A stretch of DNA of 64,000 nucleotides, taken from Diplonema japonicum (lineage: Eukaryota > Protista > Euglenozoa: Diplonemea). The position numbers and the translations under genes were made by a program. Below are positions 11,501 through 22,830 of the stretch, one piece after another. How positions within the stretch are numbered: the stretch's first letter is position 1; each line of letters opens with the position of its first letter. The stretch lies in contig OZ025668.1 of NCBI GenBank assembly GCA_964019335.1, positions 62,001 to 126,000 on the forward strand, read 5' to 3'. The notes under the pieces were generated by a model. It did not search any database and was not told where the DNA came from. It saw only the letters and a program-made list of their open reading frames with translations.

Positions 11501-14472
11501 TTCTCAAGTTCAACACCAACACGACCCCTGAAGTTCCCCGTAACCTTGCCGTGACGGCCATTCAATTCCTGGTTCTCACAAACAATGTCAACAGCAGTCC
11601 CAACAGGGAAGGCTTGTGATGCAGATTTGCCCGCAGAACGAAGCTGCTGAGGAGGTAGACCTACCTTATCACCATTCTCAAGTTCAACACCAACACGGCC
11701 CCTGAAGTTCCCCGTTACTTTGCCGTGGCGACCGTTGAGGTCTTGGTTCTCGCAGACGACATCAACAGCAGTCCCAACAGGGAAGGCCTGGGAAGCGTTC
11801 TTCCCGACAGACCGAAGCTGCTGAGGAGGGAGACCAACCTTGTCACCATTCTCAAGCTCGACACCAACACGGCCCCTGCAGTTCCCAGTGACCTTGCCGT
11901 GGCGTCCGTTCAGGTCTTGATTCTCACATACAACATCAATGGCAGTCCCAACAGGGAAGGCCTGTGATGCAGACTTGCCTGCAGAACGAAGCTGCTGAGG
12001 AGGTAGACCAACCTTGTCACCATTCTCAAGCTCGACACCAACACGGCCCCTGAAGTTCCCCGTAACCTTGCCGTGACGCCCGTTGAGGTCTTGATTCTCG
12101 CAGACGATGTCAACAGCAGTCCCAACTGGGCAGGCCTGAGAAGCGTTCTTTCCGACAGAACGAAGCTGCTGAGGAGGTAGACCTACCTTGTCGCCGTTCT
12201 CAAGCTCAACACCAACACGACCCCTGAAGTTCCCAGTGACCTTGCCGTGGCGACCATTCAGGTCTTGATTCTCGCAGATAATATCGATAGCAGTCCCAAT
12301 GGGGAAGGCCTGAGCTGCAGACTTGCCAACAACACGCAGCTGCTGTGGTGGGAGACCTATTTTGTCACCGTTCTCAAGATCAACACCAACACGGCCTCTG
12401 CTGTGCCCAACAACCTTGCCGTGGCGACCATTCAGTTTTTCATCATCACAGGCAACGTCGACGGCAGTGCCCACCGGTAAGGCCTGTCCTGCAGTTTTGC
12501 CTGTTGGCACAAGCTGTTCGGGAAGCAGCCCGACAATCCTGCTATCCTGGAGCACGACACCCACTCTGCCTCTGCTGTGGCCCGCAACACATCCTGTCAT
12601 GCCGTTGAGACTGCAATCTTCATGGATAACGTCCACCTCTACACCAATTGGGAAGTTCTGTACGGATGACTTAAGTACCGGCATTAACATCTCCGGCACG
12701 AGTCCGACGGTTGTGCCATTCTCCAGTTCGACACCAACCCTGCCGCGTGACACACCGGACACCCTACCAGTGAGCCCGTTGATCTCGTGGCAACTGCTGT
12801 TCACGGTGACAGAAGTGCCAACAGGGAAGCTCTGCTTTGTAGTTTTGCGGCACAACTTAAGACATTCGGGAACGACACCAATAGCAGTCCCGCAGTCAAG
12901 AGACACCCCAACACGGCCCCGTGCAACGCCTGTGACGCGCCCCTGCTTCCCACTATGAACGCCGGACATTACCATCACATCTGTGCCCGTTTTGAAGTCT
13001 TGTGCCGCAGACTTCCCACTCACCCGTACCATGTCGCGCGGGACGCCCACAGCCTCTCCGTTGTCAAGCAGAATTCCCACACGGCCCCTGGTGCAGCCAG
13101 TGACCCGGCCGCGCCTGCCCGACAAGCTGTCGCCAGCTGCAGCTTTTATTTCTACTTCACTGTTCACAGGAATGATTTCGCAGAGTTCAAGAGTCAGGTG
13201 CTGAGGCAGGAAGCCATGCACTGAGCCGTCGTAGAGCTCCACGCCGATCCTGCCTCTGCTGATGTGCTTTACGGTGCCTGTTTTCCCAATATGCTCGCTG
13301 GTGCCAACTACTTTTATGGTTGAGTTCACTTTGAACATCTGTGTCGCAGTCTTACAGACCGCCTTCAACTGCTGGGGCAAAACACCTTCCTTCGCGCCAC
13401 ACTCAAGTTCGATGCCCACACGTCCCCTTGCCTGACCGACAACTACAGCCTCCTTCCCCTTGTGGGCACCTGACAGAACTTCAACACGGCTACCAACAGG
13501 GTAATGCTGCTCGGCTGTCTTCTCCACAAGCTTGACGCATGTTGAGGGCCTTCCGTTAAGTGTAGTGCCGTCGGCAAGTTCCACGCCCACCCTCCCCCTG
13601 TTGTATCCGATGACCCGCCCAAGCATCCCGCACTGCTCTTCATCGCACTCAACAAGCTCGATCAAAGCGCCTATCTGGTGATGCTGTGGCTTTGTGTCTG
13701 CTTTGCGCAGCATCTGAGGAACGCAGCCCTGAACGGTGCCGTCCTCGAGCTCTACACCTACTCTTCCGCGGTAGTGACTTCTCACGGTACCTGAGACACC
13801 TGTCTTGAGTTCGTGCACGAAAGTGCCTGCAGGGAAGAGGACAGTGGGGTCCATCACCTTTCTAACGCAGCCAGGGGGCACGCCCATGTCGGGGGTGTCG
13901 TTGTAGAATGTGAGCGCTAGTCTGCCTCTGGTGTGGCCGACAACACGTGCACGCATTCCTTCAAGCTCTGGCTTCTGCTGGTAATTATGGATGTCGACCT
14001 CTGTGCCTGTGGGGAACTTCCTCAAAACCTGCTGCATCGACGACAACTCTTGCTCTGGCCTTGGCTCTGACCACTCGGCTGCCTTCGTTGGCTGCTTTTG
14101 GCGCTCTTCTGCTTGAAACCTAGGAGCCTCTTCGGCTTCCTTCTTGACATCTGTCTTCTTCTCGGTTGCAGGCAACGTACTTTGTTCTTTCTTTTCAGGA
14201 ACTATCTCCTTCTTACTCTCTTTCTCTTTTTCGTTCTTTTCAGGTTCAGCTGGTGGTGCTGTTTCCTGCTGTCGCTGTTCGTTCCGCTGCTCTTCTGTAT
14301 TTCTCATTCTCTCTTTCTTAGCCTCCAAGTATGCCACGAGGCTGCTCTCGGGGTCGCTAGGTTTGTGCCCTAGAAGATGCACTACCATTTCATTTAGAAG
14401 CAACGCAATCTTCTGGTCCTTGACATACCTCAAGTTCCTGTCCATGTTCGTGCCACCAGCACCCTTTTCCAT
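8526..14472 (-). CDS. Protein with N-terminal RIIa/Dpy-30-like D/D domain and about 32 tandem ~58-aa SH3/KOW-like repeats; exons 14472-8653 and 8615-8526
   Basis: YVKDQKIALLLNEMVVHLLGHKPSDPESSLVAYL, then repeats like FPVGTAVDIVCENQDLNGRHGKVTGNFRGRVGVELENGDKVGLPPQQLR. The final repeat is completed only after removing the 37-nt intron (K|VTGISRGRVGIEYGETKKGVPPAHLVKKS*). Confidence 0.85.
8616..8652 (-). other. Intron, 37 nt, phase 0
   Basis: AAG|GTATGA...ATTTCAG|GTC; contains an in-frame TGA, and splicing restores the RGRVG repeat. Confidence 0.9.
10230..12320. repeat. Coding tandem repeat, about 12 near-identical 174-bp units
   Basis: Recurring ttctcaagttcaacaccaacacg...cagcagtccca every 174 bp; boundaries approximate. 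Confidence 0.92.
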
Positions 14473-14661
14473 GTGCTCTGTCCCTATATGGTGCTGTGAG
14501 ATGAGTTGCACCCTCCGAGGGGAATACACAACAAATAGAAACACTTGAAAGCGGGAAAAAAAAAAAAAAAAAGAGGACATTGCAAAAAAGAAAGGCAGCC
14601 TTGTGGTGCGAGTTTCGTTTAGTTAGGAGTGACCCCATTTGTACAAAGTGACCTGCCTTCA

Positions 14662-14692
<31 letters not shown>

Positions 14693-14899
14693 CACACTAC
14701 AAAAGAAAAAAGAATCATTATGACAGGGAGAAGCACTAGCAACACCCCTAAAGGGGACAAAATCATAAATCAGTATCGAAGTGATTTCTTCTAATAACAA
14801 TGCCGAAAAGAAAGGGAAGAAGGGGATGGGCAACGGAAAAAAAAACACTGTCCGACGTGGTAGTTAAGTAGGGGGGAGGGATATAAAGAAAAAAAAGGG

Positions 14900-15598
14900 C
14901 TATTCCACACCACCTTGCCATTTAGGTCCTTGCAAACCTTTGCTCTCATACATATTTTTAATATTCATCGCCCGCTCGAGGTAATCTCCTAAAGCAAAAG
15001 TTCGTTTTTTTTCCTTTTTTTTTCCCATCATCCACACACCGTGATCTTCGTCGTATCTAGACTTTTCCCAGTTATTTTGGAATTTAACGAAAGTCCTTTC
15101 ACCAGCCTCCTTACTATGAACGGTGCCCCAAATAGTTTGGAATCGGTGCTATTTTATTTTATTTTTATTTTTCCATTCTTCCCACCACGCGTCAATGGCA
15201 TACCTCTTTGCCTCTGTACAAACAGTTCAGGTGGTCTTCTCGCTCGTCTACGCATCTGTTCTTATCGGAATCATAGGTGTATTCCGCCTCAGCGCAAAAG
15301 TCTAGTGACCGCTTAAACTATTTTTTTTTTTTTTTTTCTTTTTTTTTACTTTTTGGAAATCACTGGAAGGAAAAAAATGTTCCCGTGAAAAAATCACCAG
15401 TCAAAAGCATACCAATGCACAACGGAAGTAAGGGAGCTTATCACCTGCCATGTAGTTGTTCTGCAACGAGATCCCTTTATTCACAATCATATCCTCCGTG
15501 TTCATGGTGTAGGGACCGCTGTATGAAAGACCTTCGTCAGCGGTAAAGGGCAATTGGAACCCACCATATGCAATACCACCCGAACCAGCGTTACCCAT
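14900..15598 (-). CDS. NDUFS5: Twin CX9C protein, probable complex I subunit NDUFS5; 4 exons: 15598-15413, 15317-15204, 15148-15040, 14988-14900 (165 aa)
   Basis: Spliced product contains RCALFKRSLDFC...RCVDEREDHLNCLYRGKE, matching the NDUFS5 pattern RC-x9-C...C-x9-CL-x3-KE. The TAG stop abuts a U-rich UTR, and the ATG follows a polypyrimidine tract plus AG. Confidence 0.68.
14989..15039 (-). other. Intron, 51 nt, probably phase 1, in frame
   Basis: CAC G|GTGTGT...GCTTTAG|GA; A-rich low-complexity interior. Confidence 0.6.
15149..15203 (-). other. Intron, 55 nt, phase 0
   Basis: GAG|GTATGC...AAAATAAAATAG|CAC. Confidence 0.8.
15318..15412 (-). other. Intron, 95 nt, phase 0
   Basis: TTG|GTATGC...AAAAAATAG|TTT; splicing creates the first CX9C motif with exact spacing. 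Confidence 0.8.
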
Positions 15599-15692
15599 TT
15601 TGGCAGCTCTTCTTCCTGGGAAAAAAGGAAAAAAATGGTTAAAAAGAGAAATTACAGCAAAATGCGAGGTGGGGAAGAAGAAGACTACACCC

Positions 15693-18600
15693 CTATGACC
15701 CCGTTGCCCTCTCGTCCCTCAGCAGCTTCATGACTGCTGCTATGATGTTCGCATGCTTCGTCTGCGTCGTGACGTCGGACACCTGCATGAGCGTCACAAG
15801 TATCTTCTGCAGCTCTTTCCTCAGCTCTGATATCACCGCAAGCACCTTTTTTTGAAAGTTGAAAGTTGGTGTTATACACAGTAAACTACACACCTCAGGG
15901 TCCATCTTGAAGCTGATCCAGTTGTTTGCCAGCACATTCCCATCGTTGTGCTCCAGCTCCACAGCGAACAGCATCAACATCTGAGGACTGATCATCGTCA
16001 CATCTCTGATGAACACGGCTGACGTCTGCACCTGTTTTTGTTTGTTGATGGCAATGGTGAAGTATGTACCTTTTCGTAGTAAACGAGAATAGGGTGGGGC
16101 AGTTGTTTCTCACGCCCAACCACTGAAGACGGGTGTACCTGCACTTCCACATTCTGCTCCTTATAGACATGGTGCCCTGACCTAAGCTTCTTTGCAGTCA
16201 CCACACTTGGCGTGAACCCCGCCGTTAGTGCCGCCCTCACAGCGTACTGATGCGCGCTGTACTGGTTCAGCTCCTTTCCGCCGAACTCAAAGAGATGCGG
16301 TTCGCCCGTGTTGTCGGCTGTTCTCCACGCCCCGCTGTTCCCTGTGATCACCTTTTGGTCGCACAGCAGAGAGTAGAACTGCCTCTTCGTCTGCTGTATC
16401 TGCCCCATCGACTGAGCCGACACAAAGTTCTTGTTACAGAACTCTCTTTCCTTTGCTCTGTTTTCTTCCCTTGCCAGTAGCCAGGAATTGTACGCATTGG
16501 TCACAGTCAAGTGGTCGGACTTCGAGTTCTGAGCAATCGCCATCTTCGCCTGATCAGCCTCCAGCTTCCTGTCATAAGGCATGACGAAGGGCGACTTCGA
16601 TTGCAGCGTCGCAGCTATTGTGAGGCATGGGTCGAGGCACTTCAGCAGCACGCCATGAAGCAGAAGCTTCCCCAGCTTGGGGTCGACAGGAAGGTTGGCG
16701 AGATGTGCCCCGAGAGAGGTCAGCCTACTGGCAGGGCCCAGCGCCCCGATGTCCATGAGGGAGCCCCTGCAGGACTTGATGGACGAGTCGGCGGGCGACT
16801 CGATTGCTTTCTGCAGCACTTCAATATCAGTAGAATCTCCGAAGTTAAGAACACGTATCTGCAGCAGAAGGTTCTGCAGCGGCACTCTTGTCATTTCGCA
16901 CTCCTGGAACTCGAGCATCACCTTGTTGTGGGTGTAGCTGCTGTACATCCGGTAGTTCACCCCAGGCCGCACTCGCCCTGCTCGACCCTTTCGCTGCTTC
17001 GCGTTCGCCTGGCTGACCCAGCAGGACACAAGTTTTGTCATGCCCTTGTCTGCTTCGTACCTGTTCTCCTTGTGCTTCCCTGTGTCGATCACAAACACAA
17101 TGTCATCGATTGTAACACTGGTCTCCGCAATGTTTGTCGACAGCACCACCTTGCGCATCCCTTTGCGTGGCTTCAGGAACACAGCTTCCTGCTCCTGGTT
17201 TGACACTGTGGAGTGCAAGCGGTGGCAGTCCAAGATTTGCGCGAGCTTCCTCTCTGAAACAATCTCTTCATATAAACTGTTGATCTCCTGCATGCCGGGA
17301 AGGAACACCAATATGGCCCCTTCTTCGTTTCTGTGTTTCTGGCAGATGTGTCTAATCAGCTCAGTTATGAGCTCGTTGTTGATCTTCTCGTCGCTGAGGC
17401 GCATCATGACGTCGATGGCCCTGTCGGACGCAGAGGGCATGCGTGTCTTGTGCATGCCCCACATCTTGCGGTGTTTCTCGTCCCTTGCATTCAGCTCCTT
17501 GAGCCCTTCGTTGGCGTTCTTCTTCTCGCTGTCGAAGATGCTTCTGTACATGCCGCGGTTTGCGTATGGCGAATCATCCTCTAGTGTGTAAGACACCAAG
17601 TCGATGATGCTCTCCAAGTGGTGCACCTCGACTGGGTGCGTGAAGCCAGGGATGTGCGTCACGGGGCACTTGTTGAAGTAGTCTGAGAACAGATCTGCGT
17701 TAACAGATGCACTCATCAACACGACCTTGATATCCGACCTGCGCGTGATGAGGTCCTTCAAAAAGATCAGCAGGAAGTCACTGTCCAAGCTCCTCTCATG
17801 GACCTCGTCAACCACAATGTGGCTCACAGTGCTCAGGTTCTTATCGGACTGCAGTTTCCGTAGCAGGACACCAGTTGTGCAAAACAACAGCCGGGTGTCC
17901 TTTGACTGCTTGGTCTCCAGTCTGATGCTGTAACCTATTTGGTTCCCGATGGTGTCGCCCCTCTCCGCTGCCACACGCTTCGCAATCGACACAGCAGAGA
18001 TCCTTCTAGGCTGCGTGCAAACAATTCTGCAGGAGCTCCCTTTCCCATTCTTGATGCACTCATCTAAGACAAACTGAGGAACCTGCGTTGTCTTCCCACA
18101 CCCTGTCTCACCCGTCACAAGGACCACCTGGTTGTTGATAATGTTGCTCAGGAGCTCGCCCTCCTGTTTTGCTGCAGGTAGCCTTGCACGCTGCTCGGGT
18201 AGACCTTCTTTTTTGGTGATTCTCTTCTCGTACCTAACCTTAAGCTTAGCATTCTCAGCATCGTCGTTCTCTATGCCAGGCCACGGCCTTCCGCCACCTG
18301 AGGCTGCTGTCTTGCTTAGTGTCGACACCTGGTCAAGTGACAGCTCTGGGAACAGCTGAGGCACCTTCAAGGTCCCCTTGCTGTCGGTGGCTTCGTCCCG
18401 TTGCTCTTCAATAATGTCACTGATGAGGTCATGGTGCTTCTTCAGAGGCCCCGTCCTGACGGGCTCCTGCTGCACCTGTTCGACGTTCTTTTTCAAGGAC
18501 TTCCCACCTTTCCCATTGCCGCCTTTTCCTTTGCCTCCCTTTCCCTTGCCCCCTTTGGCAGGCGATGCCTTTGGCGTAGGGTAGTGCTTCTCGAGTAGGT

Positions 18601-19417
18601 CTGGCAGCTCCATTTCGAGAAAGGTTGTCAGCTCGAAGATGACAGGCTGGCCGGTGAGCTCAGCGACGATCTTAGTCCAGAGGCTCATGTTGGCATCGAC
18701 GAGGAACTGCTTGCAGTTGAGAGTCTCTGTGTTTGAGATGAGCGCGAGGGGCGAGGTGGCGGGGTAGGAGCCGTTGGTGCACCCTTTCAGTAGCAGGCGG
18801 AGGTTTTTACAATACTCGGCGTGCAAGGTGGGGACCTGTAGATTGAGCTTGATCTCCAGCATGCCGTCGGGGAGGGTGGTCACAACATCGGGCTCCAGCA
18901 CGCCGTCCAGGCCTGCAAGCTCGTCGTCGCGCATCATGGCTGCGTCGTCGGCAGTGAAGGACTCGTCATGCATGGACCCGCTAAGCTCGTTGCAGAGGCG
19001 TTTCATGGACAGCTTCACGGCAGGCCACAGACGCTGCTGCGTGGTGCGGTCAGGCATGTCCTTGATGATGGTGCGTGCCGCCTCTTTGGGGATGCCCTTC
19101 CAGAGGAGTCCGTTGAGCTCCCTTGCTTCTTGTCCGTCGACAAATGTTGTATGTGTGATCTTCACTGGCCTCGAGTCCAGCCCGTGCACCTTCTCATCAA
19201 CGTCTTCTCTGATGTTCTTCAGCACATCCAGCACCAGGTCCTTGTTCTCCTTGCTCACCCCTACCGTGCCGAGGTCCTCGCCCTCCTTCGACTGCTTTTT
19301 ATAGGTAGCCTTCTTTGCCATCTGCGCCCTGAACTGCTGTGCCATTACGCTCCCCCCTACAGACGGGCCTTTTCCTTTTCCCTTCCCCTTGCCACCTTGC
19401 TTGTTGGGGCCGCCCAT
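15693..19417 (-). CDS. DHX57: DEAH-box RNA helicase, DHX57/DHX36 family, with RWD-like domain; exons 19417-16070, 16031-15894, 15845-15693
   Basis: GETGCGKTT, TQPRRISA, DEVH, STNIAETSVTIDD, QRKGRAGR and HA2/OB-fold motifs (YYEK|VQTSAVFIRD after splicing); N-terminal YP-x-x-x-P RWD-like segment. Family call is firm, the paralogue call less so. Confidence 0.85.
15846..15893 (-). other. Intron, 48 nt, phase 0, in frame
   Basis: GAG|GTGTGT...TTTCAAAAAAAG|GTG. Confidence 0.65.
16032..16069 (-). other. Intron, 38 nt, phase 0
   Basis: AAG|GTACAT...AAACAAAAACAG|GTG; joins two ORFs at a conserved OB-fold motif. Confidence 0.92.
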
Positions 19418-19423
19418 CTTTTC

Positions 19424-19500
19424 CTGAAATGTATGTTAAGGGGCGATACGATGGTCAGAAGAATGAAAAGAGAAACAACAATTATTAAAAGGAAAAAAAA
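19424..19500 (-). promoter_or_regulatory. Putative spliced-leader trans-splice acceptor (polypyrimidine tract plus CAG) of the helicase gene
   Basis: Minus strand ...tttctcttttcattcttctg...acatttCAG gaaaag ATG; similar signals precede several other genes (e.g. 40986-40988). Confidence 0.55.
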
Positions 19501-20575
19501 AAAGAAAACGAGCAGGAGGTAAGAGAGCTACTCTATTCCCCACTGCATCCTTTTGTGAGTATTGTCTTTCCTCATTTTCCTTTCTTTGTTTCTTCTTTTT
19601 CTTTGTTTCTTTTCCTTTTTCTTTCTCCCTTTTGTGGTTTCACGTACTAGCAATCGCTTTTCTACAGAGGAAAAAGAAAAAGGGAAAAAAAAGAAGTGCC
19701 CCCTCACCCTGTAGCAAAAAGAAAGAAGGTGAGGCTGTACATCTCACCTAAGAAAACAGAAGTGGGGGGGGGGATAGAAAAAAAAGAGAAAAAAAAGCAG
19801 GAGAGGGATAGCACGATGCCAGTACTCACAAAAAGAGTAGAAGAATAGGGAAGTCGTAGGACGGGGGGACTTGTCGCCGTTGAAGAAGAAACCCTGTTAG
19901 CTACCATATAGAGAAAATATGGTTGTTTCTTTTTTCTTTTCTTTTCTTTTTTTCTTTCTGTGTTCTTTTCCAGGAGGCGGCCCTCCCTTCTTTGGAAAAA
20001 AAACACTGTTTCTTCGCACACAGGTAGCTTTCTTTTTCTTGATTCGTTCTTTCTTCTTCCTTTCTTTCTTTCTTTTTCAGAAAGGAAAGTTTCTTTCTTA
20101 AAACATAAACAGCACCGAAAAAGAAAAAAAAAATACAAAAAAAAATTGATTCTGTCAAAGCTATCAGCTTGTTCCAACAACGCAAGTGAAAAGAAAAAAA
20201 GTCTGTAAATGGTTGCGAGCAAGGTTTTCGTCCACTACCAGCATTTGACAGAATCAGTACTTAATTGTAAACTTATTTCTTTTTTTATGGTTCCCGTCCA
20301 CGCACACGAAAGTAAATGGCACAAGGGGGTTGAAAAACTGATCGAAAAAAAAAAAACAACTCCGAAGTAATTAGAAAAATGTTTCAACAAAAAAAGGTTT
20401 TTGTCATACATTTCAGTCACATGAACCTATAGTAAGGCAGGAGGGAGGGTCATGTTCACCACCGCCACAGGAGTATCCTTTTCTTTCTTCTTTTTTTTTC
20501 TTTTGCACTCTCCCTTCCTTTTTAAGAGGCTGAAGAAAAAAATCGTTGCCAACAGCAACGCTTACTTGTATCTTC

Positions 20576-20614
<39 letters not shown>

Positions 20615-21269
20615 GTGACAGGTTTGACGCCCCCTGGGCAGAGACAGTCAAGGCAGCCAATGGCCCCTTTTGAAAGAAACAAACAAAAAAAAAATCTATC
20701 GCGTTTTTGTAAAAAAAAGTAAAAAACCAAAAAAAATTGTATCATGCTCTCCCCAGCCAAGCCTTCAGCCTTGTTCCCCGCTTCTTCCCTCTCTTCTGTG
20801 ATACCTTTTATTCTCCTTTCTTTCTTTCTTCTCGGCGTAGGCGTAAGGAGTATGATTTCAGTCCTTCCCTTTCTTCTTCCCTCCCTTCTTTTTCTTCCTT
20901 TTTCTTTTCCTTTTTCCTCGTAATTTCTACCCTTATCTACATGCACGCTATCTTTTCTCTTTTTCTTTTTTGGAGGGGGAGAACAAAATAGAAGAAAAAC
21001 AAGAACATAAGTATCTAATCATCTTTTCTCTCTCCCCACCCCCCTCTTGGTATGTGTATGACCCTTCTCCCCCATGGAAAAAAATAAATGGGAAGCAGGG
21101 AAAGAAAAAAAAAACAAAACAAAAAAAAAAAAGAAAAAGAGAGATGATGGCGCGGTGCAAGGGCCACCACTAGTGGCAGAGGAACGAATAGTGAAGAGGC
21201 AAGAAGAAGGGTTAAGGAGAAATTAGAAGGGTGGAACAACAAAAAATAAAAAATAAAAAGAAAAAAAAT

Positions 21270-21408
21270 GGGGCTTTGATTGCAACACTAGGTGGCGTTA
21301 AGCGTGCAATGAAGCACGAACTACCTACTTGATTACAGGGGGCGCTCCTCGGAACAGCGAACAACACATCTGATGTACTTCTTATATTTTCATGCTATCC
21401 CCACCACC
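21270..21408. repeat. Dispersed repeat A, copy 1
   Basis: ggggctttgattgcaacactaggtggcgttaag...acatctgatgtacttcttatatt...ccccaccacc also occurs at 25202-25405. Confidence 0.85.
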
Positions 21409-21435
21409 TAAAAAAAAAAAGAAGGAAAAAAAACC

Positions 21436-22461
21436 TCAGTATGACTTTCGTCTGTTGTGCTGCAGAATGCCTCTGACACACTTGTCAACGACATCCCGCA
21501 CACGCTTAGCCTTGGACCCCGGCCAGAATGTGCTGCTAGGTACTTCAGCATCGAACCTCTTGCCAAGCCGCGTACTGGTGGTCCACAAGGCTTTAAGGAG
21601 CTTGTTTGGAGGAATGGAAGGGTTGATGCGTGATAGTGCCAGAAGTCCATCCCTTGCCACGGCCTCTGCCACCCGCTCCCCTTCCTCGGAAGCTAGTTTC
21701 CCTGCGATTCCCTTTGTGGGCATCGTCAGCACTTCCTCTAAATTCTGCTTCAGCGAATCGTATACCTGAAGGACAGGCCACGTCTCCTCACGTGCGTACC
21801 GTGTCTCGAGGTTCCGCTTCAACGGTGACTCCCCGCAACCCCTGATGCTCACCCGTCCATCTTGAACAGTCAGCTTGTCGAGGCACAGCTCGGGGACAGA
21901 TGCACGGCGTGTCTTCTTCTTGGATTCAGGCAAGCTGTCGGAGCTGCTGGAGCTTGATGTTGACAGGACAGACGCGCACATCGGTGTGACAGGCTCGCCC
22001 CCCTCGTCGGGGTGCAACACCAGCCATCTGGAGGTCGCTGCCTGCAAGGCGTCTATCACAAATGGGTTCATTTTCAATAATTTCATGTAATCCGCAAAGC
22101 TAGGCACCTCCTTCATGAATGCGTAGATGAGACCCGCGTCCCCATGTAGGAGTCCACCCATGCGCGGGGTGCGGTGGTCGTCAAGAGAGGTACGCTCGCC
22201 TGAGTCGATGGCTCCAAGGAGCGCGTCCCCAAACATGATACGCTTCTCGGGTGTTGTTATAGTTTTCGCGATGCCCCGCATCATCTGGCACAGGGAGCCT
22301 GTCACCTCGTCGGGCAGCTCGTCCTCAAGGAAGGCCTGGAACACAGCGGGCGCCGTGAAGCTGCACACAATGATGCCTTGGTGCGCGAACAGCATGTCCA
22401 CAACCTCGTCGTCTTCGTCAGTCGCACTGCTCCGTCTTGAGAGCCATGATAACGTTACCAT
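21436..22461 (-). CDS. Hypothetical protein, 341 aa
   Basis: GC-rich ORF between AT-rich spacers; ATG preceded by ...acAG. No domain recognised. Confidence 0.75.
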   Translation of the reverse strand: MVTLSWLSRRSSATDEDDEVVDMLFAHQGIIVCSFTAPAVFQAFLEDELPDEVTGSLCQMMRGIAKTITTPEKRIMFGDALLGAIDSGERTSLDDHRTPRMGGLLHGDAGLIYAFMKEVPSFADYMKLLKMNPFVIDALQAATSRWLVLHPDEGGEPVTPMCASVLSTSSSSSSDSLPESKKKTRRASVPELCLDKLTVQDGRVSIRGCGESPLKRNLETRYAREETWPVLQVYDSLKQNLEEVLTMPTKGIAGKLASEEGERVAEAVARDGLLALSRINPSIPPNKLLKALWTTSTRLGKRFDAEVPSSTFWPGSKAKRVRDVVDKCVRGILQHNRRKSY

Positions 22462-22784
22462 CTCAACACCTGTATACTTAAGGAAGAGGTCTATGAAAGA
22501 AGAACGATAATAACGATCAGAACAGAACTAAAAGAACAACTGTGGTTTCTTTTTTCTTTTTCCTTTCTTCTTATTTTTTTTTGCATTCCCATTTCCTTTG
22601 CATACATCGCGCGCTGGAACTGTTAAATAAATAACTTATTTGTTATAACCTTCTAAGATAACAGTTATAATGGCAAAAAAAAAAAAAAAGAAACTGTTAT
22701 TTTCTTTCGTCCCGCAACGTTGAGCTATTTCGAAATAACTGTTATAACGTTATAACGCGCAAAGTGTGGTTGTAAAAAAAAAAA

Positions 22785-22830
22785 TTCACTATGATAGGAA
22801 CGAAGTGGTTAGCAACGGCCCGCCAAAAAA
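22785..22830. repeat. Dispersed repeat B, copy 1
   Basis: ttcactatgataggaacgaagtggttagcaacggcccgcc also occurs at 26749-26795. Confidence 0.8.

Noticed and set aside
10230-12320. Regular repeat array resembling CRISPR or satellite DNA
   Set aside because: In-frame 174-bp coding repeats with no unique spacers.
19704-21242. ORFs rich in Phe/Lys in spacers (also 54-2013, 25337-26247)
   Set aside because: Artefacts of poly-A/poly-T tracts.
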